From: a virus
Taxonomy: Duplodnaviria > Caudoviricetes
DNA: 35,920 nucleotides
Virus record (IMG/VR): IMGVR_UViG_3300020045_010541
Coordinates: 1 to 35,920 of that record
Strand: one strand, 5' to 3'
Shown here: positions 1 through 7,915 of the stretch, piece by piece
How the letters are laid out: each line of letters opens with the position of its first letter
Numbering within the stretch: position 1 is the first letter of the stretch
The notes under the pieces: model-generated
What the model was told of the DNA's origin: nothing
Databases searched by the model: none
Seen by the model: the letters and a program-made list of their open reading frames with translations, nothing else
Translations under genes and position numbers: made by a program

Positions 1-70
1 TAGAGATATGTAACAGGTTTTTGCTAATTCTTATTATCGAGTAATAGAAGTTTCGCAAGATTTAATCCTT
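1..70 (+). repeat. Terminal direct repeat, copy 1 (imperfect)
   Basis: 60 of 70 positions are identical to 35851-35920, and the last 17 nt are identical. Confidence 0.9.
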
Positions 71-112
71 TGTGATGGGATTGATATATGGCTATGCTTT
101 GACCGTTTTGAG

Positions 113-610
113 TTGGTAGAGCCAGCCGAGCCAGAGGTCAGCATCACGCTTAGTAGGGAATATCGTGTATATCCATTCCCAGCCACAACATCAAATGGGT
201 TACTCAATAAACATGGGATATATATTATGAGACAAAAAGATGCAAAGAAAGGGTTTTATTATTATCTCGGTCATGATTATGGAACTCCAATAATGCAGAA
301 CATATACACAATGGAAGTTGTTAAGTTCTCATCATCATATATGACCCCCTATATGTTTTATGTATTGCCTAAAATTATGTTAAATGACGGATGGTATCAG
401 AGGAATGATTTTGTGTGCATAAAAATATTCAAATGTAAGGATTATTCTGATAGTTTTAAGGTGTTTATTGGCAGCGATGGGATAGTGTACGAATTTGATG
501 GTATGCCCCGTGGCGGGCAAGACAAGCCATTGTTTATCATTAGAAAACTATCTGAGACAATGATTGATACAATGAAAATAAAGGAGACACTATGCCAGTC
601 AAAGAACTAA
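113..610 (+). CDS. Hypothetical protein, probably the C-terminal part of a gene spanning the circular junction (continuation of 35168-35860)
   Basis: TTG start with no RBS. The frame is open upstream to position 14 (QVFANSYYRVIEVSQDLILCDGIDIWLCFDRFEL) and is in register with the last ORF across the repeat. Confidence 0.6.
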   Translation: MVEPAEPEVSITLSREYRVYPFPATTSNGLLNKHGIYIMRQKDAKKGFYYYLGHDYGTPIMQNIYTMEVVKFSSSYMTPYMFYVLPKIMLNDGWYQRNDFVCIKIFKCKDYSDSFKVFIGSDGIVYEFDGMPRGGQDKPLFIIRKLSETMIDTMKIKETLCQSKN

Positions 611-801
611 AGCAAATCGCAGGGTTTAGCACCGCAGACCTGCTGGAGCGGGCGAACAAGCGGTGCGAGGAGTTGGAACTGAGAGTTAATCAATTACAGA
701 TGGCGTTAAATTTTGCGGTGCAGGATTTAAGAGCAGAAATGATGACTTGCCCGATAACATTGAAAGAACACATTGCTCAATATGAGAGACAAGCAAAATG
801 A
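592..801 (+). CDS. Hypothetical coiled-coil protein
   Basis: AAGGAG RBS at 580-585 and ATG start, helical heptad-like sequence. Confidence 0.7.
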   Translation: MPVKELKQIAGFSTADLLERANKRCEELELRVNQLQMALNFAVQDLRAEMMTCPITLKEHIAQYERQAK

Positions 802-814
802 AAGTGAGGACACA

Positions 815-1189
815 ATGAGCGACATCAAGCCCTGCCCGTTCTGCGGAGAAACTAAATTAAAGCCATACGAAAGAAGCGGTGAGATAGGTGGTGTTATATG
901 CCAGAATAGTGAATGCGGTGCGCACATAACCAGTTGGGAAAAATCATCTGCTATCGTTAGATGGAATAAACGGGTTATTGAGGATATGCACCTTGCCAAC
1001 CTCGCCACCGCCAACGATGTTTACACAGCCCAGTGCGGGCAGATTGCGGTCAAGGATGCGGAGATTGCAACCCTGACAGAGCACAACCGCTCACTCGTGG
1101 AGCAGATGAACGCAATGGTTCGCACGGTTGACGAACTGGAAACAACACTTGAGACGGCAATGGTCAAAGACTTTGCCAATCACGGATAA
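815..1189 (+). CDS. Lar-family restriction-alleviation-like zinc protein with C-terminal coiled coil
   Basis: MSDIKPCPFCG...C-x4-C...AIVRWNKR matches the Lar family pattern, with a GAGGA RBS before ATG 815. Confidence 0.7.
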   Translation: MSDIKPCPFCGETKLKPYERSGEIGGVICQNSECGAHITSWEKSSAIVRWNKRVIEDMHLANLATANDVYTAQCGQIAVKDAEIATLTEHNRSLVEQMNAMVRTVDELETTLETAMVKDFANHG

Positions 1190-1203
1190 AAAAGGAGTAT
1201 ATA

Positions 1204-1437
1204 ATGTGTAATTGCCTACAGAACATTAAAAATAATTTAGAGAAAGAGCTAATCAGAGATGTTGATTGGTATGTTAATGGTATGAATTTGCAAATGAATA
1301 GAACCTTTATGAGGTTTACTGCGTCATTCCCAACCGTAAGCAAGAAAGGACTGGTTAGCATGAAGAGACGCAAATCTTTTATATCTCACGCATTTTGTCC
1401 ATTTTGTGGCGAAAAATACGGGGACGGCAATAAATGA
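1204..1437 (+). CDS. Small zinc-binding protein
   Basis: N-terminal MCNC and C-terminal FCPFCG motifs, AAGGAG RBS. Confidence 0.75.
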   Translation: MCNCLQNIKNNLEKELIRDVDWYVNGMNLQMNRTFMRFTASFPTVSKKGLVSMKRRKSFISHAFCPFCGEKYGDGNK

Positions 1438-1859
1438 AACAGCTACAGACTATTGAGTGGCTGCCGTACCCGCAGAACAAGCCTGAGAAAGCAGGGAAAT
1501 ACCTTGTTACATTTCAATCAGGCAAGGTGAGATTGATAGAATACTTTGCCTTTATATCTGATACAGCAGATGGCATTATTACAAAGATAATCAAAGCGGA
1601 GTGGTTAGGCGTTCCACAAGAGAGCGTTATCTCCTATGCCGAACTCCCTAAAGCCTACGACCCGACAGCCACGAGCTTCAACTTCCTGACGGCTGTAGCA
1701 CTGATGAAAGAGGGGAAAACTATCATATCAGATGAAACGGGAGTAATGTATAATCTGGACATTGACGGCATTATGGAAGGTCATTATGCAGACGGCACAT
1801 CAACCACAGATGAGACATTTACCCTTGCCGAGATAGAAGGCGAGTGGGGGTTGGTATGA
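1434..1859 (+). CDS. DUF551-like domain fused to a Tad2/DUF2829-like domain
   Basis: N-terminal EWLPYPQNKPEKAGKYLVT...SYAELPKAY (DUF551-like) and C-terminal FNFLTAVALMKEGKTI...TLAEIEGEWGLV. Confidence 0.55.
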   Translation: MKQLQTIEWLPYPQNKPEKAGKYLVTFQSGKVRLIEYFAFISDTADGIITKIIKAEWLGVPQESVISYAELPKAYDPTATSFNFLTAVALMKEGKTIISDETGVMYNLDIDGIMEGHYADGTSTTDETFTLAEIEGEWGLV

Positions 1860-2056
1860 TAGTGGTCTGTGAAATATGCCAATACGAGTTCGACACAGAG
1901 GATGGCAATTCCGCAGGATATGAAGGTCAAATCCTTGCTGTTTGCCCTGTTTGCCAAAGCGAATTTGTTATTGATGAAGTCGATGATGGTGATGACGATG
2001 TTGATTGGGATGATAGTGGCGCATGGTGTCACTCTCCAGATATGGAAGATGAATGA
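1856..2056 (+). CDS. Highly acidic zinc-ribbon protein
   Basis: CEIC and CPVC pairs with an Asp/Glu-rich tail, ATGA overlaps with both neighbouring genes. Confidence 0.65.
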   Translation: MIVVCEICQYEFDTEDGNSAGYEGQILAVCPVCQSEFVIDEVDDGDDDVDWDDSGAWCHSPDMEDE

Positions 2057-2529
2057 AAAAAGACAGCAAACTGCGCTGGACACAGGAGCAACTTGCCAAC
2101 CATTACGCAAAGAAAGGTAAGGTTGCTCCCGTTGCCAAGAAAGGCACTAAAAAGACCGATACAGGCATATATGACAGCAAACTTGAGGAAGCATACGCAA
2201 GGCGATTATCTGCCCTTAAAAAGGTCAATATCATTGCTGATTATCTACGCATAGTCAAGCCCAAGAAAGGTGAGACAAGTCAATTCACTTTCGCTGTCTG
2301 TGGCTGGCATAAATATACACCCGACTTCTGGATTGAGTTACTATCTGGTCAGCAGATTATCGTGGAGTTGAAAGGCTTTGAACGCAGGTATGATAAACTA
2401 ACTTTTGATGATGCTGCATACCGTAATCTACAATACGGCTGGATTTATCTGGCGGGGAGCATAGACAAATTGACATTGAAACTGGCAAGGAATATCACAA
2501 AAAAAGACTTGCCAAAGGAGTTAATATGA
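2053..2529 (+). CDS. PD-(D/E)XK endonuclease (DUF1064-like, possible resolvase)
   Basis: YDSKLE...YTPDF...IVELKG motifs. Confidence 0.75.
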   Translation: MKKDSKLRWTQEQLANHYAKKGKVAPVAKKGTKKTDTGIYDSKLEEAYARRLSALKKVNIIADYLRIVKPKKGETSQFTFAVCGWHKYTPDFWIELLSGQQIIVELKGFERRYDKLTFDDAAYRNLQYGWIYLAGSIDKLTLKLARNITKKDLPKELI

Positions 2530-2618
2530 AGCTATGGAAAAGAGCAAGGCTGTGGCTGTATTGGTCTGTATGGATTCCGATACTGCTTTGGCTAAATATC
2601 CCGACAGGCTCAGGATAA
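2526..2618 (+). CDS. 30-aa Trp-rich membrane peptide (not in ORF track)
   Basis: AAGGAG at 2515-2520, ATGA overlap, MKLWKRARLWLYWSVWIPILLWLNIPTGSG*. Confidence 0.5.
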   Translation: MKLWKRARLWLYWSVWIPILLWLNIPTGSG

Positions 2619-2650
2619 ATAGGCTGACATCTCTGCCAGCCCATATCATT

Positions 2651-2676
2651 AGCCACTCGCAAGGGTGGCTTTTTTA
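2651..2676 (+). terminator. Rho-independent terminator where the two arms converge
   Basis: AGCCACTC-GCAA-GGGTGGCT followed by a T tract, GNRA loop. Confidence 0.85.
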
Positions 2677-5082
2677 ATGCAATATAGCCCCAATATCCCA
2701 GGTATCGCCCTGGGTACCAAGCTTTGCTGCGGTTATCGGTGGTGTCTGGTTTGCGAGGATTGCAGCTTCATAGCCTGTCAGCACAGCACCCACGCCCACA
2801 ACATTACCCGCTGCTATCGGGGTAGGATTGACCAGAGCCATAGCAGATGCGATGTCGGTCAGGTCAGGCAATACGCAAGCCCCGTCATCCCATATTGAAT
2901 GTGCATCATATCCTGCTGCCAGCCATTGAGCAATAGTCTTGTAAGCACCGCCAAAAGCCCCGATATTGTCAGGGGTGTTTGTGTAAAGCAGGTTGTAATC
3001 ACAACCTATCGGACTGGGCGGTTCTTCTCCATCTGTCTGGAAGGCGTTGTTAGTTCCCAAGAATACGCAAGCTTTGTCTGCGACCGATGCTTCCATATAT
3101 ACGATATTATTCTTGAATTGCAACCCGGTTATTGAACCCGTTGCATTGGCAAAGGTTACTTGACTATTAGTTTCAGTCAACCTATTTATGATGGTGTTGC
3201 CATAGATTTTCAGACTGCTCAGTCCTCCTGTTGCGATTGAATAGTTGTTGTCAATAAACACATTCCCAACTATGCCAAATCCTGCGGATTCCGTAGCCGT
3301 CTCATCGTGTTCCCTGACAATTCCATTCCGGCAACCGATAAACCAATTGTTCTGTATCAGCACATCCGCCACGTACCCAACCATCAGACTATGGGTAACG
3401 TCTGTTTCCGCTGTAACCACTCCGTAATAATTGCTGCCATAGAATAGGTTTCCTTTTACGACCTCGCCATTTTGATAGTTATTATTTGCCATCGTGCTAT
3501 CAGCCCCGACAATCATCATATAAGCCAGTTTTACAGCGATACAGTGCAGAGTGTTATAGGATATACTGTTTGTGGCTGCGTGACTGTCATACTGGTCTTG
3601 TGTGTGCCTGATGCAGTAATACAGATAAGGCGTTGCCGTGAAAGCAACCGTATTCCCGTGACAGGTCAAAGATGCACAGTTATCAAACCGCATACCGCCT
3701 GTGGTTGTGTTGCCCTGACCGATGGTTGCGCTTGTTCCTGACAGGGTGTTGCTGTTGCAGGTAACGGCAAACAGGGCTTTACTTGCAGCAGACTGCCAGA
3801 GAGCAACCAAAGCGCAGGCAGCAAAGGTATAAGTGCCACAGTTGATAGTGTTGTTGCTGAAGTTTATCGTGCCTGTGACTGTTGCAGCCATAGCCGTTCC
3901 TGTATTGAGCTTGGCAACCCCATAACCTGATGCCGTGTTTGCAGCCCAAGTAAATGTATTACCTGTAACTGTATATGTGCCAGACTTGCCTATGTGAATG
4001 TCGGTTAGTGTAGTATTCTTTACAAATGTATTATTGGTAATAGATACGGTGTTCTCACCTCCACCCGTTCCATTGGCAGCACTACCGCTTGTGATTGTAT
4101 AGCTTGTGCAGGTAGCCGGGAATGTGCAGTTCGTTATGGTCATCGAGTAGTCAATACCACCATTGGTTAAGAATCCGCCTGTGCCATCCCAATCCAAATG
4201 AGTTGACGATTCTGCTTTTGCAATTAAGTTTCCGGGTTGTCCGGGCACTTTGGCAGTTACGGTAAATGCGTGGGCTGCCAATGTTCCGGCTGTCACATCT
4301 GGATTGATGAGGGTTCCTGCATAGTATTCAGAGCCGGGAGTTCCGCTTGCGTTGATAGCCTTTATTAGATTGCCCATTGTAGTATCAGCAGTCGTTCCGT
4401 GCCTCTGGACATCGTAAGCCTGTGCCATTGTGTCCTTAAATCGGTAAACAGTGGTGCCTATGGTTACTGTATCGCCATCCGTTACTTCGGTATTATCTGA
4501 TGTCAATATAGCAGATGCAAAAGCAAGAGTGCTGATGTCAGCAATCCACGAAACGCAGACCCCTGTAAATGTGCAACCGCTACAAACCAATGCAGGGGAT
4601 ACGGTGTTCTGTATCAGAATCCCATATCCGTCTGTTGCGGGGCTAACAAATGAGCAGTTAGTAAGGGTTATCGTGCCAGCCCGCCCAGAGCGAAGGTCAA
4701 TAATTGGTTTGCCAGACGCAAGCCCCGTGCCATCCAGAGTAAATCCAGTAAATGACGATGCACATACATTAGATGTGTTGGGCTTTAAGACAAAGTTTTT
4801 AGTCGCTGCACTTTGGGTCAGGATTACTGTACCATAAGCCACCCAATTATATGCCTTATAGTATGTGCTATGCACCTCGTCATAAGTTCCAGCCTTGACA
4901 TAGATGGTAGTCTTAGTCAAGGTTGCCGCTTCTGCCACAGCCATGCTGATATACGGGTCTGCAAAAGTGCCTGTTCCGTTGCCAGATGCTGGCGTTCCCA
5001 CCCAAGTGTATAGTGACGGGTCAAAGTTGTTATCTGCATTTACGATTGTTCTCATTCCTAAGTTTGGCATTATAAAGCCCAT
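2674..5082 (-). CDS. Right-handed beta-helix (pectate-lyase-like) protein, possible depolymerase/tailspike or virion appendage
   Basis: DUF1565-like GNGTGTFADPY...IYVKAGTY, many ITNNTF/VTGNTF-type rungs and C-terminal DIGA. The start is placed at ATG 5082 after a GGAG RBS. Confidence 0.75.
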   Translation of the reverse strand: MGFIMPNLGMRTIVNADNNFDPSLYTWVGTPASGNGTGTFADPYISMAVAEAATLTKTTIYVKAGTYDEVHSTYYKAYNWVAYGTVILTQSAATKNFVLKPNTSNVCASSFTGFTLDGTGLASGKPIIDLRSGRAGTITLTNCSFVSPATDGYGILIQNTVSPALVCSGCTFTGVCVSWIADISTLAFASAILTSDNTEVTDGDTVTIGTTVYRFKDTMAQAYDVQRHGTTADTTMGNLIKAINASGTPGSEYYAGTLINPDVTAGTLAAHAFTVTAKVPGQPGNLIAKAESSTHLDWDGTGGFLTNGGIDYSMTITNCTFPATCTSYTITSGSAANGTGGGENTVSITNNTFVKNTTLTDIHIGKSGTYTVTGNTFTWAANTASGYGVAKLNTGTAMAATVTGTINFSNNTINCGTYTFAACALVALWQSAASKALFAVTCNSNTLSGTSATIGQGNTTTGGMRFDNCASLTCHGNTVAFTATPYLYYCIRHTQDQYDSHAATNSISYNTLHCIAVKLAYMMIVGADSTMANNNYQNGEVVKGNLFYGSNYYGVVTAETDVTHSLMVGYVADVLIQNNWFIGCRNGIVREHDETATESAGFGIVGNVFIDNNYSIATGGLSSLKIYGNTIINRLTETNSQVTFANATGSITGLQFKNNIVYMEASVADKACVFLGTNNAFQTDGEEPPSPIGCDYNLLYTNTPDNIGAFGGAYKTIAQWLAAGYDAHSIWDDGACVLPDLTDIASAMALVNPTPIAAGNVVGVGAVLTGYEAAILANQTPPITAAKLGTQGDTWDIGAILH

Positions 5083-5083
5083 A

Positions 5084-5545
5084 TTAAACTCCCATATAGA
5101 CAGTCTTTCCACCGTCTTTGACTGCGATAAGTTGCTGTCCTTTGTTATGCTCCAGGCTGTATGATAAATGCACCCAAGAGCCAAATTCCTGGATTAACTG
5201 ATTGAACGCCACACCGACCAAACCGTTTCGTATGTCATTGAAAACCTTGTTGACAGACACGCCACTGATAGTAAAGTCACAGGCTGCGGATTTACCCAAA
5301 GCCCGATGCTCTGAAGTATCACTACCACCCACACCTGCATTGACTTCTGGACAACGGAATAGTGAGTTTATCCTGATAGGCTTGCCGTAGTAATCCCGTA
5401 TCTTATCCAGCACTTCACAGAGAGCCTTTATATTGACCATTTGCGCATCTGTGGGGCGGTTGTCTATCCCTTTGCGTATAGCATAGCCAGAATAGACAGC
5501 CTCCCCGTAGGCGATATGTTTAGACAGTTTGTCGGTTGACTTCAT
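5084..5545 (-). CDS. Endolysin, peptidase M15 (D-Ala-D-Ala carboxypeptidase-like)
   Basis: SLFRCPEVNAGVGGSDTSEH...ACD...WVHLS zinc-peptidase motif. Confidence 0.88.
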   Translation of the reverse strand: MKSTDKLSKHIAYGEAVYSGYAIRKGIDNRPTDAQMVNIKALCEVLDKIRDYYGKPIRINSLFRCPEVNAGVGGSDTSEHRALGKSAACDFTISGVSVNKVFNDIRNGLVGVAFNQLIQEFGSWVHLSYSLEHNKGQQLIAVKDGGKTVYMGV

Positions 5546-5940
5546 TGTTTACTCTTAAACACATTGGGCTTGACTTTGGTTAGTATGGTCAAGGCGGATG
5601 ATATGAGATTAAGCACACCGCCACCTGCTTTTATTGCCTTTTCAACCTTGCTATCCACTTCCGGGATTTTTGGGTCTTTCAAGGCATCAGATACTTTCAG
5701 CATTACATGGTCGGCTTTGACCGTTCCCAAGATGTCCTTGCTTTCCTGATGTAAAACCTCAGAGCCAATAACGACACCGGCGGTAAAGTTTGCTTGTGCG
5801 ATTTTGGGGGCTTTGATTTTGTTTTTGATTTCTGAAACGATATACCCAATAACTGCCAATACTATTGTTACAAGTAAACTTGTCAAAGCCGGATTCAATC
5901 CAAACTTGCTGATAATTACATATACGAATGTGCTGTCCAT
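5542..5940 (-). CDS. Putative holin or lysis membrane protein
   Basis: N-terminal transmembrane segment, directly upstream of the endolysin. Confidence 0.5.
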   Translation of the reverse strand: MDSTFVYVIISKFGLNPALTSLLVTIVLAVIGYIVSEIKNKIKAPKIAQANFTAGVVIGSEVLHQESKDILGTVKADHVMLKVSDALKDPKIPEVDSKVEKAIKAGGGVLNLISSALTILTKVKPNVFKSKQ

Positions 5941-5949
5941 TTTGTTCTC

Positions 5950-6336
5950 CTAAAATATGCTTGCTAACAAGCCGTGTGTATAAGCCCACATTGAGGCTAT
6001 TACTATTAAAGCTATCTTGGTAATATCCCATGTCTTTTGGATAACGTTCTGATACCAAGTAATTGTTTCACGGCTTTCATTCTTTTTTTTTTTAAACTCT
6101 ATGTCAAACAGCAGTGGAAACTTTGCTGTTGAAACATAGTTACTTTCTACATGGTTGCAAACTTCTTGGCCTGAGCGGTTGACAAGGTTTTCCACTTCCG
6201 CCCGGTCTGTTTTGCGTTCCTGTATGATGGTTGCTAACTGTATGGATATAGCAGTTTGAGTATCAGAAAGTTTATCCTGTCCATTCTGGAGCTTGTCCAG
6301 CTTTTGCAGTACTATTACAGTTACGTCGTTATCCAT
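5950..6336 (-). CDS. Coiled-coil protein with C-terminal transmembrane helix (holin/lysis accessory-like)
   Basis: Coiled coil followed by IALIVIASMWAYTHGLLASIF, within the lysis cassette. Confidence 0.55.
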   Translation of the reverse strand: MDNDVTVIVLQKLDKLQNGQDKLSDTQTAISIQLATIIQERKTDRAEVENLVNRSGQEVCNHVESNYVSTAKFPLLFDIEFKKKKNESRETITWYQNVIQKTWDITKIALIVIASMWAYTHGLLASIF

Positions 6337-6348
6337 TAAAACCTCTGC

Positions 6349-6552
6349 TCAGAAATTCGGTGGCTTTTCTGTTTCGCTGATATAGTCAATTTTGGCAAGG
6401 TCATCATCAGTAACCTTGTCATCAGTTCCGGCATAATAAGCAACACCGTATTTGCTATGAATCAGTTTGTACCAGCTTGCATTTGCCAGCCCCCAAAACC
6501 ACCTTGACGGGTCGGTTGGGAATGTCCCTGTGAATGTTGTCCATGTTCCCAT
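6349..6552 (-). CDS. Hypothetical protein
   Basis: GGAG RBS before ATG 6552, contiguous in the late operon. Confidence 0.6.
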   Translation of the reverse strand: MGTWTTFTGTFPTDPSRWFWGLANASWYKLIHSKYGVAYYAGTDDKVTDDDLAKIDYISETEKPPNF

Positions 6553-6553
6553 A

Positions 6554-7009
6554 TTAATCTCCAATCTTATGTAAATTCAAATTCATATATGCTGGCACAA
6601 ATTTAACTGTGCTGCCATAATCATGCCGAATCCTGACATCTAAGTCTATCGGGATAGTAGTCACGTCAATTACTCCACTAAACGAAGCAGACCCGGCATC
6701 AGAAGCCGTGCCTATTTTTCTGAGCCAATGGATATGGTCTTGTTCAACCCCACCCAAAAAAGCCGTGCATCTATAAAGCACATTGTTAGTATCTCCCGTA
6801 AAACTAAAAGCACCGTTGACAAGGTATCTGCCTTTATGCGTAATCGTAATTTTATCATTGGCGTAATCTGGTGTCAGCACATGATAAAGCCCATTAGCCG
6901 CAAAAGTGTTTACCTTTGTATATGTTGCACCCGTTGTAACGTCTGTTGCTGTGCTTCCGTCGGCTGTGTAAATCCCAGCATAAACACCTTTATCGTTAAT
7001 GTGGCTCAT
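6554..7009 (-). CDS. C1q/BclA-like jelly-roll domain protein (putative receptor-binding head)
   Basis: ANDKITITHKGRYLVNGAFSF motif, paralogous to the C-terminus of 8840-9643, ATGA overlap at 7009. Confidence 0.6.
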   Translation of the reverse strand: MSHINDKGVYAGIYTADGSTATDVTTGATYTKVNTFAANGLYHVLTPDYANDKITITHKGRYLVNGAFSFTGDTNNVLYRCTAFLGGVEQDHIHWLRKIGTASDAGSASFSGVIDVTTIPIDLDVRIRHDYGSTVKFVPAYMNLNLHKIGD

Positions 7010-7281
7010 CTGACAAACCAATGCTGATTTTCTAAATCAGACAAATCCAGTGTGTCACCTTGTATCAGCATAAACTCAGACGCCGCCTGGATTGTCTCTA
7101 ATGGCTGTGGTCTGACTGTAATCTGCCCAGTGCCGATATTGATTATTGACAATCTGCGTCCTGTGCCTTTTGCATAGGGCAATATGACAGTATAGCTCCC
7201 GGATTCATAGACGATAACCTCATCATCTGCTGAATCCGGTATGCTATAGTTGCCTGTCTTTTTTGTGATTATTGGCATCAA
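7006..7281 (-). CDS. Small tail-fibre-associated beta domain protein
   Basis: KTGNYSI...YTVILP...GRRLSIINIGTGQITV pattern common in fibre proteins. Confidence 0.55.
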   Translation of the reverse strand: MMPIITKKTGNYSIPDSADDEVIVYESGSYTVILPYAKGTGRRLSIINIGTGQITVRPQPLETIQAASEFMLIQGDTLDLSDLENQHWFVR

Positions 7282-7904
7282 TAATCAATCTGGCACTGAC
7301 CGCCTGTCCAGGCAGTAACGAGGTAAACATAAACAAGGCTGTCATTGCCACCAGTTCCGGCAAGAGTAATATCTGCGGCTGTGTTGCTTGCCTGTACCAT
7401 AAAGGTAGATTCACCAGCCGGGATAGTTATGTGAGTTGTGTCTGTCTGTCTGCGTCCACATTTTATTAAAGCACATTGGGTCAATGTAGCCACAGCCGCC
7501 ACCGGCAAGAATATCTTGACCACGTAATAAGCGTTGGCAACAGTAGTGCCCCATGTTATCTGCTCAGCATTGGCAGCAGAGTTTACAAGGGTTTCACCAA
7601 GACTAAACTCTTGGCAAGTCGGAGCGTATTTCTGCGTCCCGGATCCGAGCCTGACAAATGAGAATTGCCAGTCATCAGCAGTCTGGACAGTGCCGCCTAT
7701 ATTGTCACCAACAAAGGTTGATTTCCCGGCATCCACATATCCCACGTGCAGGGCTGTGGATGCGGTCAGGTTAGATAAAGCACAGGCAGAGTTTCCTCTG
7801 TCACGCCCTGTCATAGAGCCTTTTATTGCAACATTCCACCCGGCGGCATCTTCTGAGCGAATTGCACCGTTTATGATTTTAGAGCGAGTATCAGCATCTT
7901 GCAT
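7278..7904 (-). CDS. Putative virion structural protein
   Basis: GGGAG RBS, Thr/Ala/Gly-rich beta composition, located in the tail-tip cluster. Confidence 0.6.
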   Translation of the reverse strand: MQDADTRSKIINGAIRSEDAAGWNVAIKGSMTGRDRGNSACALSNLTASTALHVGYVDAGKSTFVGDNIGGTVQTADDWQFSFVRLGSGTQKYAPTCQEFSLGETLVNSAANAEQITWGTTVANAYYVVKIFLPVAAVATLTQCALIKCGRRQTDTTHITIPAGESTFMVQASNTAADITLAGTGGNDSLVYVYLVTAWTGGQCQIDY

Positions 7905-7915
7905 TTTAATCTCCC

